From the human T2T-CHM13v2.0 reference genome, Homo sapiens, in the NCBI RefSeq assembly GCF_009914755.1, contig NC_060948.1: DNA of 64,000 nucleotides; one strand, 5' to 3'. A model generated the notes under the pieces. The model did no database searches. It was not told the origin of the DNA and was given only the letters and a program-made list of their open reading frames with translations. This document shows, piece after piece, positions 28,138 through 42,343 of this stretch (within the stretch, counting starts at the first letter, position 1; every line of letters begins with the position of its first letter). A program made the position numbers and the translations under genes.

Positions 28138-31100
28138 TCCAATGGAATAGAATCTAATGCAATAAAATCGAGTCAAATAGAGTAGAATGTAATGGAATGG
28201 AGTGCAGTGCAATGGAATGGAATGGAATGGAATGCAATGGAATGGAATGGAATGGGATGGAATGGTATGGAATGGATAGTAATGGACTGGAGTGAAATGG
28301 ACTGGAAAAGAATGGACTCAAATTGAAAGGGCTCGAAAGGAATGGAGTCAAATGGAATGGTCTGGAATGGAATGAACACGAATGTAATGCAATCCAATAG
28401 AATGGAATCGAATGGCATGGAATATAAAGAAATGGAATCGAAGAGAATGGAAACAAATGGAATGGAATTGAATGGAATGGAATTGAATGGAATGAGAACG
28501 AATGGAGTGAAATTGTATGCAGTAGAAGAGAATAGAATGGAATGCAAGCGAAAGGAAAGGAATGGATTGGAATGGAATGGAATTCATTGGAATGGAAGGG
28601 AATGTAGTGTAATGGACAGGCCTGGAATAAAGTGGAATGCTACGGTCTCGAATGGAATAAAAATGTATGGAATGGAATGCAATGAAACGGAATCGAATGT
28701 CATAGAATGTAATGGAATGCAAAAAAATGGAATCCAAAATCATTGACTGGAAAGGCTGGGTGTCGAAAGGAATTGACTCCAATGGAATGGAATCGAATGG
28801 AATGGAAGTGAATAGAATCGAACTAAATCGAATGGAATGGAATTGATAGGAACGGAATGGAAAGGAATGCAATGATTTGGCATGGAATGGAATCGAATGG
28901 CATCGAATGGAATGGAATGGAATGCAATGGAATGGAATGTATTAGAATGTAATGAACTTTAATGGAATGTACTCGAATGGATTCGACTGGAATGGAATGT
29001 TCTCGAAGTGAACGGACTCCAATGGAATGGATTCGAAAGGAATGGAAACTAATGGAATGGAATTAAACGGAAATGAATCAAATAGAATAGAACGGAATTG
29101 AATTGAATGGAATCGAATGCAATGGAATCTAATGAAACGGAAAGGAATGGAATGGAATGGGCTGGAATGGAATGGAATCGAAACGAATGGAATGGAATCG
29201 AACTGAAGAGACTGGAATGGAATGCACTGGAATGGAAGGGAATGTAATGGAAGGTTCTCGAAAAAAATGGAATCGAAAGGAATGGAATTGAATGGAACGG
29301 AATAGAGTCGAATGGAATTCAATGGAATGGAATGGACTAGAGTGAAATGGAATCGAACCACAAGGAATGGACAGGAATAGAATGGTCTCGAATTGAATGG
29401 AATCGTATGGAATGGCATCAAACGGAATGGAATGGACAGCCACGGAATGGAATGGACACCCACGGAATGGAATGCACTCGAATGCAATGGAGTCGACACT
29501 AATGGACTGGAATAGAATGGACTCGACTGGTACGGACTCCAATGGAATGGAATCGAATGGAAGGGAATCGAAAGGAATGGACTCGAAGGGAAAAAACTGC
29601 AATGGAAAGGTCTCCAATGGAATGGAAATTAATGGAATGGAATGGAATCGAATGAAATGGAGTCAAAAGGAATGGAATCGAATGGCAAGAAATCGAATGT
29701 AATGGAATCGCAAGGAATTGATGTGAACGGAACGGAATGGAATGGAATCCAAAGGAATGGAATAGAATGGAATGGAATCGAATGGAAAGGACTCGAATGG
29801 AAATCACTCGAATAGAATGCAATTTAATAAAATAGGATCAAATGTAATGGAATGGAATGGAAAGGAATCGAAACGAAAGGAATGGAGACAGATGGAATGG
29901 AATGGAACAGAGAGCAATGGTATAGAATGGAATGGAATCATCTGGAATGGAATTGAATGGAATGGAATAATATGAAATGGAATGGAATGGAATGGAATGC
30001 CCTTGAATTAAATGGACTGGAATGCAATGGACTCGAACAGAGTGGAATGGAAAGTGTTGAAATAGAATGGAATGGACTCGTTTGGAATGGTCTAGTATGC
30101 AATGCAATCGACTGGCAGGGAATCAAAAGGAATGTAATCGAATGGATTGGACTGGAATGCAATGGACTCGAATAGATTGGAAACGGAAAGCAAAGGAATG
30201 GAATGGAATAGTATGGAATGGAATGCAAAGGAATGGAGTGGAATAGACTAGAGTGGAATGGAATGGACTCGAAAGCAATGGACTGGAATGGAACTTTCTT
30301 GAATGGACTGGAATCAAACGGAATGGAATGCAATGCAATCAAATGGCATGGAATAAAATAGAATGAAAGAGAATCAAATGGAATTGAATCGAATGGAATC
30401 GAATGGATTGGAAAGGAATAGAATGGAATGGAATGGAATTGACTCAAATGGAATGGACTAGAATGGAATGGATTCGAATGGAAGGCAAAGGAATGGAATC
30501 TATTGGAATGGACTGTAATGGAATGGAATGGAAGGGATTGGAATGGACTCGAATGGAATGGACTGCAGTAGAAAGGATTCGAATGGAATGAAAAAGAATT
30601 GAATGGAATAGAACAGAATGGAATCAAATCGAATGAAATGGAATGCAATAGAAAGGAATGGAATGAAATGGAATGGAAAGGATTCGAATGGAATGCAATC
30701 GAATGGAATGCAATCGAATGGAATGGAATCGAACGGAATGGAATAAAATGGAAGAAAACTGGCAAGAAATGGAATCGAAATGAATGGAGTGTTATGGAAC
30801 GGACTCAAAAGGAATTGAATGTAATAGAATGGAGTGGAGTGGACTCGAATATAATGGACTGGAATGGAATGAAATCACATGGAATGGGAACGAATGGAAT
30901 GGAATGGAAAGGAATGGAATCGAATGCAAAGGAATCGAATGGAAGGGAATGAAATTGAATCAACAGGAATGGAAGGGAGTAGAATAGACGGTAATGGAAT
31001 GGACTCGAAGAGAATGGACACGAATGCTCAAATTGAATGGACTCGAATGGAATGGCAACGAAAGGAATGTCATCGAATGGAATTGAATCGATTGGAATGA

Positions 31101-31666
31101 AATCACATAGAATGGAGTGGAATCAAATGGAATTGAATCGAAAGGAAAGGAAGCGAATGGACTGAAATGAAATGGAATGGAATTGAATGGAAATTAATTC
31201 AATGGCATAGAATGGAACGAAATTTCACGGAATGGAATCAAACTGAATGGAATCAAATCAATGGAATATAATCAAATGGAATGGAAAGGAATTGAATGGA
31301 GTAGATTGAATTGGATGGGATTGGAATGAAATGTACTGGAAAGGACTCGAATTTCATGAAACGGAATGGAATGAATTAGAACGGAATGGACTCGAATGGA
31401 ATGGAATGTCATGGAATGGCATCAAATGGAATGGAATCGAATGCGATGGAATGCTATGGAATGGAATGGAATGCATTGGAATGGAATGTCCTCTAATGGA
31501 ATGTATTCGAGTGGAATGGAATCGAATATAATGGAGTCTAATGAAATGGAATTGAAAGGAATGGGACCGAATACAATGGAATATACTGGAATGTAATGTA
31601 ATGAACTCGAGTGTAATTGACTGGAATGGAATGTACATGAATGGAATGTAATCGAATGGAAAGCAA
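28138..31666 (+). repeat. DYZ1 unit U9 (3529 bp)
   Basis: Anchor at 28138. 20-bp duplication plus several type-C markers. Confidence 0.92.
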
Positions 31667-34600
31667 TCAAATGGAATAGAATCTAATGCAATAAAATCGA
31701 CTCAAATAGAGTAGAATGTAATGGAATGGAGTGCAGTGCAATGGAATGGAATGGAATGGAATGCAATCGAATGGAATGGAATGGAATGGGATGGAATGGT
31801 ATGGAATGGATAGTAATGGACTGGAGTGAAATGGACTGGAAAAGAATGGACTCAAATTGAAAGGGCTCGAAAGGAATGGAGTCAAATGGAATGGTCTGGA
31901 ATGGAATGAACATGAATGTAATGCAATCCAATAGAATGGAATCGAATGGCATGGAATATAAAGAAATGGAATCGAAGAGAATGGAAACAAATGGAATGGA
32001 ATTGAATGGAATGGAATTGAATGGAATGGGAACGAATGGAGTGAAATTGTATGCAGTAGAAGAGAATAGAATGGAATGCAAGCGAAAGGAAAGGAATGGA
32101 TTGGAATGGAATGGAATTCATTGGAATGGAAGGGAATGTAGTGTAATGGACAGGCCTGGAATAAAGTGGAATGCTACGGTCTCGAATGGAATAAAAATGT
32201 ATGGAATGGAATGCAATGAAACGGAATCGAATGTCATAGAATGTAATGGAATGCAAAAAAATGGACTCCAAAATCATTGACTGGAAAGGCTGGGTGTCGA
32301 AAGGAATTGACTCCAATGGAATGGAATCGAATGGAATGGAAGTGAATAGAATCGAACTAAATCGAATGGAATGGAATTGATAGGAACGGAATGGAAAGGA
32401 ATGCAATGATTTGGCATGGAATGGAATCGAATGGCATCGAATGGAATGGAATGGAATGCAATGGAATGGAATGTATTAGAATGTAATGAACTTTAATGGA
32501 ATGTACTCGAATGGATTCGACTGGAATGGAATGTTCTCGAAGTGAATGGACTCCAATGGAATGGATTCGAAAGGAATGGAATCTAATGGAATGGAATTAA
32601 ATGGAAATGAATCAAATTGAATAGAACGGAATTGAATTGAATGGAATCGAATGCAATGGAATCTAATGAAACGGAAAGGAAAGGAATGGAATGGATTGGA
32701 ATGGAATGGGCTGGAATGGAATGGAATCGAAACGAATGGAATGGAATCGAACTGAAGAGACTGGAATGGAATGCACTGGAATGGAAGGGAATGTAATGGA
32801 AGGTTCTCGAAAAAAATGGAATCGAAAGGAAAGGAACTGAATGGAACGGAATAGAGTCGAATGGAATTCAATGGAATGGAATGGACTAGAGTGAAATGGA
32901 ATCGAACCACAAGGAATGGACAGGAATAGAATGGTCTCGAATTGAATGGAATCGTATGGAATGGCATCACACGGAATGGAATGGACAGCCACGGAATGGA
33001 ATGGACACCCACGGAATGGAATGCACTCGAATGCAATGGAGTCGACACTAATGGACTGGAATAGAATGGACTCGACTGGTACGGACTCCAATGGAATGGA
33101 ATCGAATGGAAGGGAATCGAACGGAATGGACTCGAAGGGAAAAGGCTGCAATGGAAAGGTCTCCAATGGAATGGAAATTAATGGAATGGAATGGAATCGA
33201 ATGAAATGGAGTCAAAAGGAATGGAATCGAATGGCAAGAAATCGAATGTAATGGAATCGCAAGGAATTGATGTGAACGGAACGGAATGGAATGGAATCCA
33301 AAGGAATGGAATAGAATGGAATGGAATCGAATGGAAAGGACTCGAATGGAAATCACTCGAATAGAATGCAATTTAATAAAATAGGATCAAATGTAATGGA
33401 ATGGAATGGAAAGGAATCGAAACGAAAGGAATGGAGACAGATGGAATGGAATGGAACAGAGAGCAATGGTATAGAATGGAATGGAATCATCTGGAATGGA
33501 AGTGAATGGAATGGAATAATATGAAACGGAATGGAATTTAATGGAATGGAATGCCCTTGTATTAAATGGACTGGAATGGAATGGACTCGAACAGAGTGGA
33601 ATGGAAAGTGTTGAAATAGAATGGAATGGACTCGTTTGGAATGGTCTAGTATGCAATGCAATCGACTGGCAGGGAATCAAAAGGAATGTAATCGAATGGA
33701 TTGGACTGGAATGCAATGGACTCGAATAGATTGGAAACGGAAAGCAAAGGAATGGAATGGAATAGTATGGAATGGAATGGAAAGGAATGGAGAGGAATAG
33801 ACTAGAGTGGAATGGAATGGACTCGAAAGCAATGGACTGGAATGGAACTTTCTTGAATGGACTGGAATCAAACGGAATGGAATGCAATGCAATCAAATGG
33901 CATGGAATAAAATAGAATGAAAGAGAATCAAATGGAATTGAATCGAATGGAATCGAATGGATTGGAAAGGAATAGAATGGAATGGAATGGAATTGACTCA
34001 AATGGAATGGACTAGAATGGAATGGATTCGAATGGAAGGCAAAGGAATGGAATCTATTGGAATGGACTGTAATGGAATGGAATGGAAGGGATTGGAATGG
34101 ACTCGAATGGAATGGACTGCAATAGAAAGGATTCGAATGGAATGAAAAAGAATTGAATGGAATAGAACAGAATGGAATCAAATCGAATGAAATGGAATGG
34201 AATAGAAAGGAATGGAATGAAATGGAATGGAAAGGATTTGAATGGAATGCAATCGAATGGAATGAAATCGAATGGAATGGAATCGAACGGAATGGAATAA
34301 AATGGAAGAAAACTGGCAAGAAATGGAGTCGAAATGAATGGAGTGTTATGGAACGGACTCAAAAGGAATTGAATGTAATAGAATGGAGTGGAGTGGACTC
34401 GAATATAATGGACTGGAATGGAATGAAATCACATGGAATGGGAACGAATGGAATGGAATGGAAAGGAATGGAATCGAATGGAAAGGAATCGAATGGAAGG
34501 GAATGAAATTGAATCAACAGGAATGGAAGGGAGTAGAATAGACGGTAATGGAATGGACTCGAATAGAATGGACACGAATGCTCAAATTGAATGGACTCGA

Positions 34601-35220
34601 ATGGAATGGAAACGAAAGGAATGTCATCGAATGGAATTGAATCGATTGGAATGAAATCACATAGAATGGAGTGGAATCAAATGGAATTGAATCGAAAGGA
34701 AAGGAAGCGAATGGACTGAAATGAAATGGAATGGAATTGAATGGAAATTAATGCAATGGAATAGAATGGAACGAAATTTCACGGAATGGAATCAAACTGA
34801 ATGGAATCAAATCAATGGAATATAATCAAATGGAATGGAAAGGAATTGAATGGAGTAGATTGGATTGGATGGGATTGGAATGAAATGTACTGGAAAGGAC
34901 TCGAATTTCATGAAACGGAATGGAATGAATTAGAACGGAATGGACTCGAATGGAATGGAATGTCATGGAATGGCATCAAATGGAATGGAATCGAATGCGA
35001 TGGAATGCTATGGAATGGAATGGAATGCATTGGAATGGAATGTCCTCTAATGGAATGTATTCGAGTGGAATGGAATCGAATATAATGGAGTCTAATGAAA
35101 TGGAATTGAAAGGAATGGGACCGAATACAATGGAATATACTGGAATGTAATGTAATGAACTCGAATGTAATTGACTGGAATGGAATGTACATGAATGGAA
35201 TGTAATCGAATGGAAAGCAA
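31667..35220 (+). repeat. DYZ1 unit U10 (3554 bp)
   Basis: Anchor variant TCAAATGGAATAGAATCTAAT at 31667. Confidence 0.92.
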
Positions 35221-38200
35221 TCCAATGGAATAGAATCTAATGCAATAAAACCGACTGAGATAGAGTAGAATGTAATGGAATGGAGTGCAGTGCAATGGAA
35301 GGGAATGGAATTGAATGCAATGGAATGGAATGGAATGGAATGGAATGGAATGGAATGGAATGGGATGGAATGGTATGGAATGGATAGTAATGGACTGGAG
35401 TGAAATGGACTGGAAAAGAATGGACTCAAATTGAAAGGGCTCGAAAGGAATGGAGTCAAATGGAATGGTCTGGAATGGAATGAACATGAATGTAATGCAA
35501 TCCAATAGAATGGAATCGAATGGCATGGAATATAAAGAAATGGAATCGAAGAGAATGGAAACAAATGGAATGGAATTGAATGGAATGGAATTGAATGGAA
35601 TGGGAACGAATGGAGTGAAATTGTATGCAGTAGAAGAGAATAGAATGGAATGCAAGCGAAAGGAAAGGAATGGATTGGAATGGAATGGAATTCATTGGAA
35701 TGGAAGGGAATGTAGTGTAATGGACAGGCCTGGAATAAAGTGGAATGCTACGGTCTCGAATGGAATAAAAATGTATGGAATGGAATGCAATGAAACGGAA
35801 TCGAATGTCATAGAATGTAATGGAATGCAAAAAAATGGAATCCAAAATCATTGACTGGAAAGGCTGGGTGTCGAAAGGAATTGACTCCAATGGAATGGAA
35901 TCGAATGGAATGGAAGTGAATAGAATGGAACTAAATCGAATGGAATGGAATTCATAGGAACGGAATGGAAAGGAATGCAATGATTTGGCATGGAATGGAA
36001 TCGAATGGCATCGAATGGAATGGAATGGAATGCAATGGAATGGAATGTATTAGAATGTAATGAACTTTAATGGAATGTACTCGAATGGATTCGACTGGAA
36101 TGGAATGTTCTCGAAGTGAATGGACTCCAATGGAATGGATTCGAAAGGAATGGAATCTAATGGAATGGAATTAAATGGAAATGAATCAAATTGAATAGAA
36201 CGGAATTGAATTGAATGGAATCGAATGCAATGGAATCTAATGAAACGGAAAGGAAAGGAATGGAATGGATTGGAATGGAATGGGCTGGAATGGAATGGAA
36301 TCGAAACGAATGGAATGGAATCGAACTGAAGAGACTGGAATGGAATGCACTGGAATGGAAGGGAATGTAATGGAAGGTTCTCGAAAAAAATGGAATCGAA
36401 AGGAATGGAATTGAATGGAACGGAATAGAGTCGAATGGAATTCAATGGAATGGAATGGACTAGAGTGAAATGGAATCGAACCACAAGGAATGGACAGGAA
36501 TAGAATGGTCTCGAATTGAATGGAATCGTATGGAATGGCATCAATCGGAATGGAATGGACAGCCACGGAATGGAATGGACACCCACGGAATGGAATGCAC
36601 TCGAATGCAATGGAGTCGACACTAATGGACTGGAATAGAATGGACTCGACTGATACGGACTCCAATGGAATGGAATCGAATGGAAGGGAATCGAACGGAA
36701 TGGACTCGAAGGAAAAAGACTGCAATGGAAAGGTCTCGAATGGAATGGAAATTAATGGAATGGAATGGAATCGAATGAAATGGAGTCAAAAGGAATGGAA
36801 TCGAATGGCAAGAAATCGAATGTAATGGAATCGCAAGGAATTGATGTGAACGGAACGGAATGGAATGGAATCCAAAGGAATGGAATAGAATGGAATGGAA
36901 TCGAATGGAAAGGACTCGAATGGACATCACTCGAATTGAATGCAATTTAATAAAATAGGATCAAATGTAATGGAATGGAATGGAAAGGAATCGAAACGAA
37001 AGGAATGGAGACAGATGGAATGGAATGGAACAGAGAGCAATGGTATAGAATGGAATGGAATCATCTGTAATGGAATTGAATGGAATGGAATAACATGAAA
37101 TGGACTGGAATGGAATGGAATGCCCTTGAATTAAATGGACTGGAATGGAATGGACTCGAACAGAGTGGAATGGAAAGTGTTGAAATAGAATGGAATGGAC
37201 TCGTTTGGAATGGTCTAGTATGCAATGCAATCGACTGGCAGGGAATCAAAAGGAATGTAATCGAATGGATTGGACTGGAATGCAATGGACTCGAATAGAT
37301 TGGAAACGGAAAGCAAAGGAATGGAATGGAATAGTATGGAATGGAATGGAAAGGAATGGAGTGGAATAGACTAGAGTGGAATGGAATGGACTCGAAAGCA
37401 ATGGACTGGAATGGAACTTTCTTGAATGGACTGGAATCAAACGGAATGGAATGCAATGCAATCAAATGGCATGGAATAAGATAGAATGAAAGAGAATGAA
37501 ATGGAATTGAATCGAATGGAATCGAATGGATTGGAAAGGAATAGAATGGAATGGAATGGAATTGACTCAAATGGAATGGACTAGAATGGAATGGATTCGA
37601 ATGGAAGGCAAAGGAATGGAATCTATTGGAATGGACTGTAATGGAATGGAATGGAAGGGATTGGAATGGACTCGAATGGAATGGACTGCAATAGAAAGGA
37701 TTCGAATGGAATGAAAAAGAATTGAATGGAATAGAACAGAATGGAATCAAATCGAATGAAATGGAATGGAATAGAAAGGAATGGAATGAAATGGAATGGA
37801 AAGGATTCGAATGGAATGCAATCGAATGGAATGCAATCTAATGGAATGGAATCGAACGGAATGGAATAAAATGGAAGAAAACTGGCAAGAAATGGAGTCG
37901 AAATGAATGGAGTGTTATGGAACCGACTCAAAAGGAATTGAATGTAATTGAATGGAGTGGAGTGGACTCGAATATAATGGACTGGAATGGAATGAAATCA
38001 CATGGAATGGGAACGAATGGAATGGAATGGAAAGGAATGGAATAGAATGGAAAGGAATCGAATGGAAGGGAATGAAATTGAATCAACAGGAATGGAAGGG
38101 AGTAGAATAGACGGTAATGGAATGGACTCGAATAGAATGGACACGAATGCTCAAATTGAATGGACTCGAATGGAATGGAAACGAAAGGAATGTCATCGAA

Positions 38201-38789
38201 TGGAATTGAATCGATTGGAATGAAATCACATAGAATGGAGTGGAATCAAATGGAATTGAATCGAAAGGAAAGGAAGCGAATGGACTGAAATGAAATGGAA
38301 TGGAATTGAATGGAAATTAATGCAATGGAATAGAATGGAACGAAATTTCACGGAATGGAATCAAACTGAATGGAATCAAATCAATGGAATATAATCAAAT
38401 GGAATGGAAAGGAATTGAATGGAGTAGATTGGATTGGATGGGATTGGAATGAAATGTACTGGAAAGGACTCGAATTTCATGAAACGGAATGGAATGAATT
38501 AGAACGGAATGGACTCGAATGGAATGGAATGTCATGGAATGGCATCAAATGGAATGGAATCGAATGCGATGGAATGCTATGGAATGGAATGGAATGCATT
38601 GGAATGGAATGTCCTCTAATGGAATGTATTCGAGTGGAATGGAATCGAATATAATGGAGTCTAATGAAATGGAATTGAAAGGAATGGGACCGAATACAAT
38701 GGAATATACTGGAATGTAATGTAATGAACTCGAATGTAATTGACTGGAATGGAATGTACATGAATGGAATGTAATCGAATGGAAAGCAA
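35221..38789 (+). repeat. DYZ1 unit U11 (3569 bp)
   Basis: Anchor at 35221. Markers TGATACGGAC, GGACATCACTCGAATTG, GGAACCGACT. Confidence 0.92.
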
Positions 38790-41700
38790 TCCAATGGAAT
38801 AGAATCTAATGCAATAAAATCGACTCAAATAGAGTAGAATGTAATGGAATGGAGTGCAGTGCAATGGAATGGAATGGAATGGAATGCAATGGAATGGAAT
38901 GGAATGGAATGGAATGAGATGGAATGGTATGGAATGGATAGTAATGGACTGGAGTGAAATGGACTGGAAAAGAATGGACTCAAATTGAAAGGGCTCGAAA
39001 GGAATGGAGTCAAATGGAATGGTCTGGAATGGAATGAACACGAATGTAATGCAATCCAATGGAATGGAATCGAATGGCATGGAATATAAAGAAATGGAAT
39101 CGAAGAGAATGGAAACAAATGGAATGGAATTGAATGGAATGGAATTGAATGGAATGGGAACGAATGGAGTGAAATTGTATGCAGTAGAAGAGAATAGAAT
39201 GGAATGCAAGCGAAAGGAAAGGAATGGATTGGAATGGAATGGAATTCATTGGAATGGAAGGGAATGTAGTGTAATGGACAGGCCTGGAATAAAGTGGAAT
39301 GCTACGGTCTCGAATGGAATAAAAATGTATGGAATGGAATGCAATGAAACGGAATCGAATGTCATAGAATGTAATGGAATGCAAAAAAATGGAATCCAAA
39401 ATCATTGACTGGAAAGGCTGGGTGTCGAAAGGAATTGACTCCAATGGAATGGAATCGAATGGAATGGAAGTGAATAGAATGGAACTAAATCGAATGGAAT
39501 GGAATTCATAGGAACGGAATGGAAAGGAATGCAATGATTTGGCATGGAATGGAATCGAATGGCATCGAATGGAATGGAATGGAATGCAATGGAATGGAAT
39601 GTATTAGAATGTAATGAACTTTAATGGAATGTACTCGAATGGATTCGACTGGAATGGAATGTTCTCGAAGTGAATGGACTCCAATGGAATGGATTCGAAA
39701 GGAATGGAATCTAATGGAATGGAATTAAATGGAAATGAATCAAATTGAATAGAACGGAATTGAATTGAATGGAATCGAATGCAATGGAATCTAATGAAAC
39801 GGAAAGGAAAGGAATGGAATGGATTGGAATGGAATGGGCTGGAATGGAATGGAATCGAAACGAATGGAATGGAATCGAACTGAAGAGACTGGAATGGAAT
39901 GCACTGGAATGGAAGGGAATGTAATGGAAGGTTCTCGAAAAAAATGGAATCGAAAGGAATGGAATTGAATGGAACGGAATAGAGTCGAATGGAATTCAAT
40001 GGAATGGAATGGACTAGAGTGAAATGGAATCGAACCACAAGGAATGGACAGGAATAGAATGGTCTCGAATTGAATGGAATCGTATGGAATGGCATCAATC
40101 GGAATGGAATGGACAGCCACGGAATGGAATGGACACCCACGGAATGGAATGCACTCGAATGCAATGGAGTCGACACTAATGGACTGGAATAGAATGGACT
40201 CGACTGATACGGACTCCAATGGAATGGAATCGAATGGAAGGGAATCGAACGGAATGGACTCGAAGGGAAAAGACTGCAATGGAAAGGTCTCGAATGGAAT
40301 GGAAATTAATGGAATGGAATGGAATCGAATGAAATGGAGTCAAAAGGAATGGAATCGAATGGCAAGAAATCGAATGTAATGGAATCGCAAGGAATTGATG
40401 TGAACGGAACGGAATGGAATGGAATCCAAAGGAATGGAATAGAATGGAATGGAATCGAATGGAAAGGACTCGAATGGACATCACTCGAATTGAATGCAAT
40501 TTAATAAAATAGGATCAAATGTAATGGAATGGAATGGAAAGGAATCGAAACGAAAGGAATGGAGACAGATGGAATGGAATGGAACAGAGAGCAATGGTAT
40601 AGAATGGAATGGAATCATCTGGAATGGAATTGAATGGAATGGAATAACATGAAATGGACTGGAATGGAATGGAATGCCCTTGAATTAAATGGACTGGAAT
40701 GGAATGGACTCGAACAGAGTGGAATGGAAAGTGTTGAAATAGAATGGAATGGACTCGTTTGGAATGGTCTAGTATGCAATGCAATCGACTGGCAGGGAAT
40801 CAAAAGGAATGTAATCGAATGGATTGGACTGGAATGCAATGGACTCGAATAGATTGGAAACGGAAAGCAAAGGAATGGAATGGAATAGTATGGAATGGAA
40901 TGGAAAGGAATGGAGTGGAATAGACTAGAGTGGAATGGAATGGACTCGAAAGCAATGGACTGGAATGGAACTTTCTTGAATGGACTGGAATCAAACGGAA
41001 TGGAATGCAATGCAATCAAATGGCATGGAATAAAATAGAATGAAAGAGAATGAAATGGAATTGAATCGAATGGAATCGAATGGATTGGAAAGGAATAGAA
41101 TGGAATGGAATGGAATTGACTCAAATGGAATGGACTAGAATGGAATGGATTCGAATGGAAGGCAAAGGAATGGAATCTATTGGAATGGACTGTAATGGAA
41201 TGGAATGGAAGGGATTGGAATGGACTCGAATGGAATGGACTGCAATAGAAAGGATTCGAATGGAATGAAAAAGAATTGAATGGAATAGAACAGAATGGAA
41301 TCAAATCGAATGAAATGGAATGGAATAGAAAGGAATGGAATGAAATGGAATGGAAAGGATTCGAATGGAATGCAATCGAATGGAATGCAATCTAATGGAA
41401 TGGAATCGAACGGAATGGAATAAAATGGAAGAAAACTGGCAAGAAATGGAGTCGAAATGAATGGAGTGTTATGGAACCGACTCAAAAGGAATTGAATGTA
41501 ATAGAATGGAGTGGAGTGGACTCGAATATAATGGACTGGAATGGAATGAAATCACATGGAATGGGAACGAATGGAATGGAATGGAAAGGAATGGAATCGA
41601 ATGGAAAGGAATCGAATGGAAGGGAATGAAATTGAATCAACAGGAATGGAAGGGAGTAGAATAGACGGTAATGGAATGGACTCGAATAGAATGGACACGA

Positions 41701-42343
41701 ATGCTCAAATTGAATGGACTCGAATGGAATGGAAACGAAAGGAATGTCATCGAATGGAATTGAATCGATTGGAATGAAATCACATAGAATGGAGTGGAAT
41801 CAAATGGAATTGAATCGAAAGGAAAGGAAGCGAATGGACTGAAATGAAATGGAATGGAATTGAATGGAAATTAATGCAATGGAATAGAATGGAACGAAAT
41901 TTCACGGAATGGAATCAAACTGAATGGAATCAAATCAATGGAATATAATCAAATGGAATGGAAAGGAATTGAATGGAGTAGATTGGATTGGATGGGATTG
42001 GAATGAAATGTACTGGAAAGGACTCGAATTTCATGAAACGGAATGGAATGAATTAGAACGGAATGGACTCGAATGGAATGGAATGTCATGGAATGGCATC
42101 AAATGGAATGGAATCGAATGCGATGGAATGCTATGGAATGGAATGGAATGCATTGGAATGGAATGTCCTCTAATGGAATGTATTCGAGTGGAATGGAATC
42201 GAATATAATGGAGTCTAATGAAATGGAATTGAAAGGAATGGGACCGAATACAATGGAATATACTGGAATGTAATGTAATGAACTCGAATGTAATTGACTG
42301 GAATGGAATGTACACGAATGGAATGTAATCGAATGGAAAGCAA
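38790..42343 (+). repeat. DYZ1 unit U12 (3554 bp; near copy of U11)
   Basis: Anchor at 38790. U11 markers at offset 3554. Confidence 0.92.
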
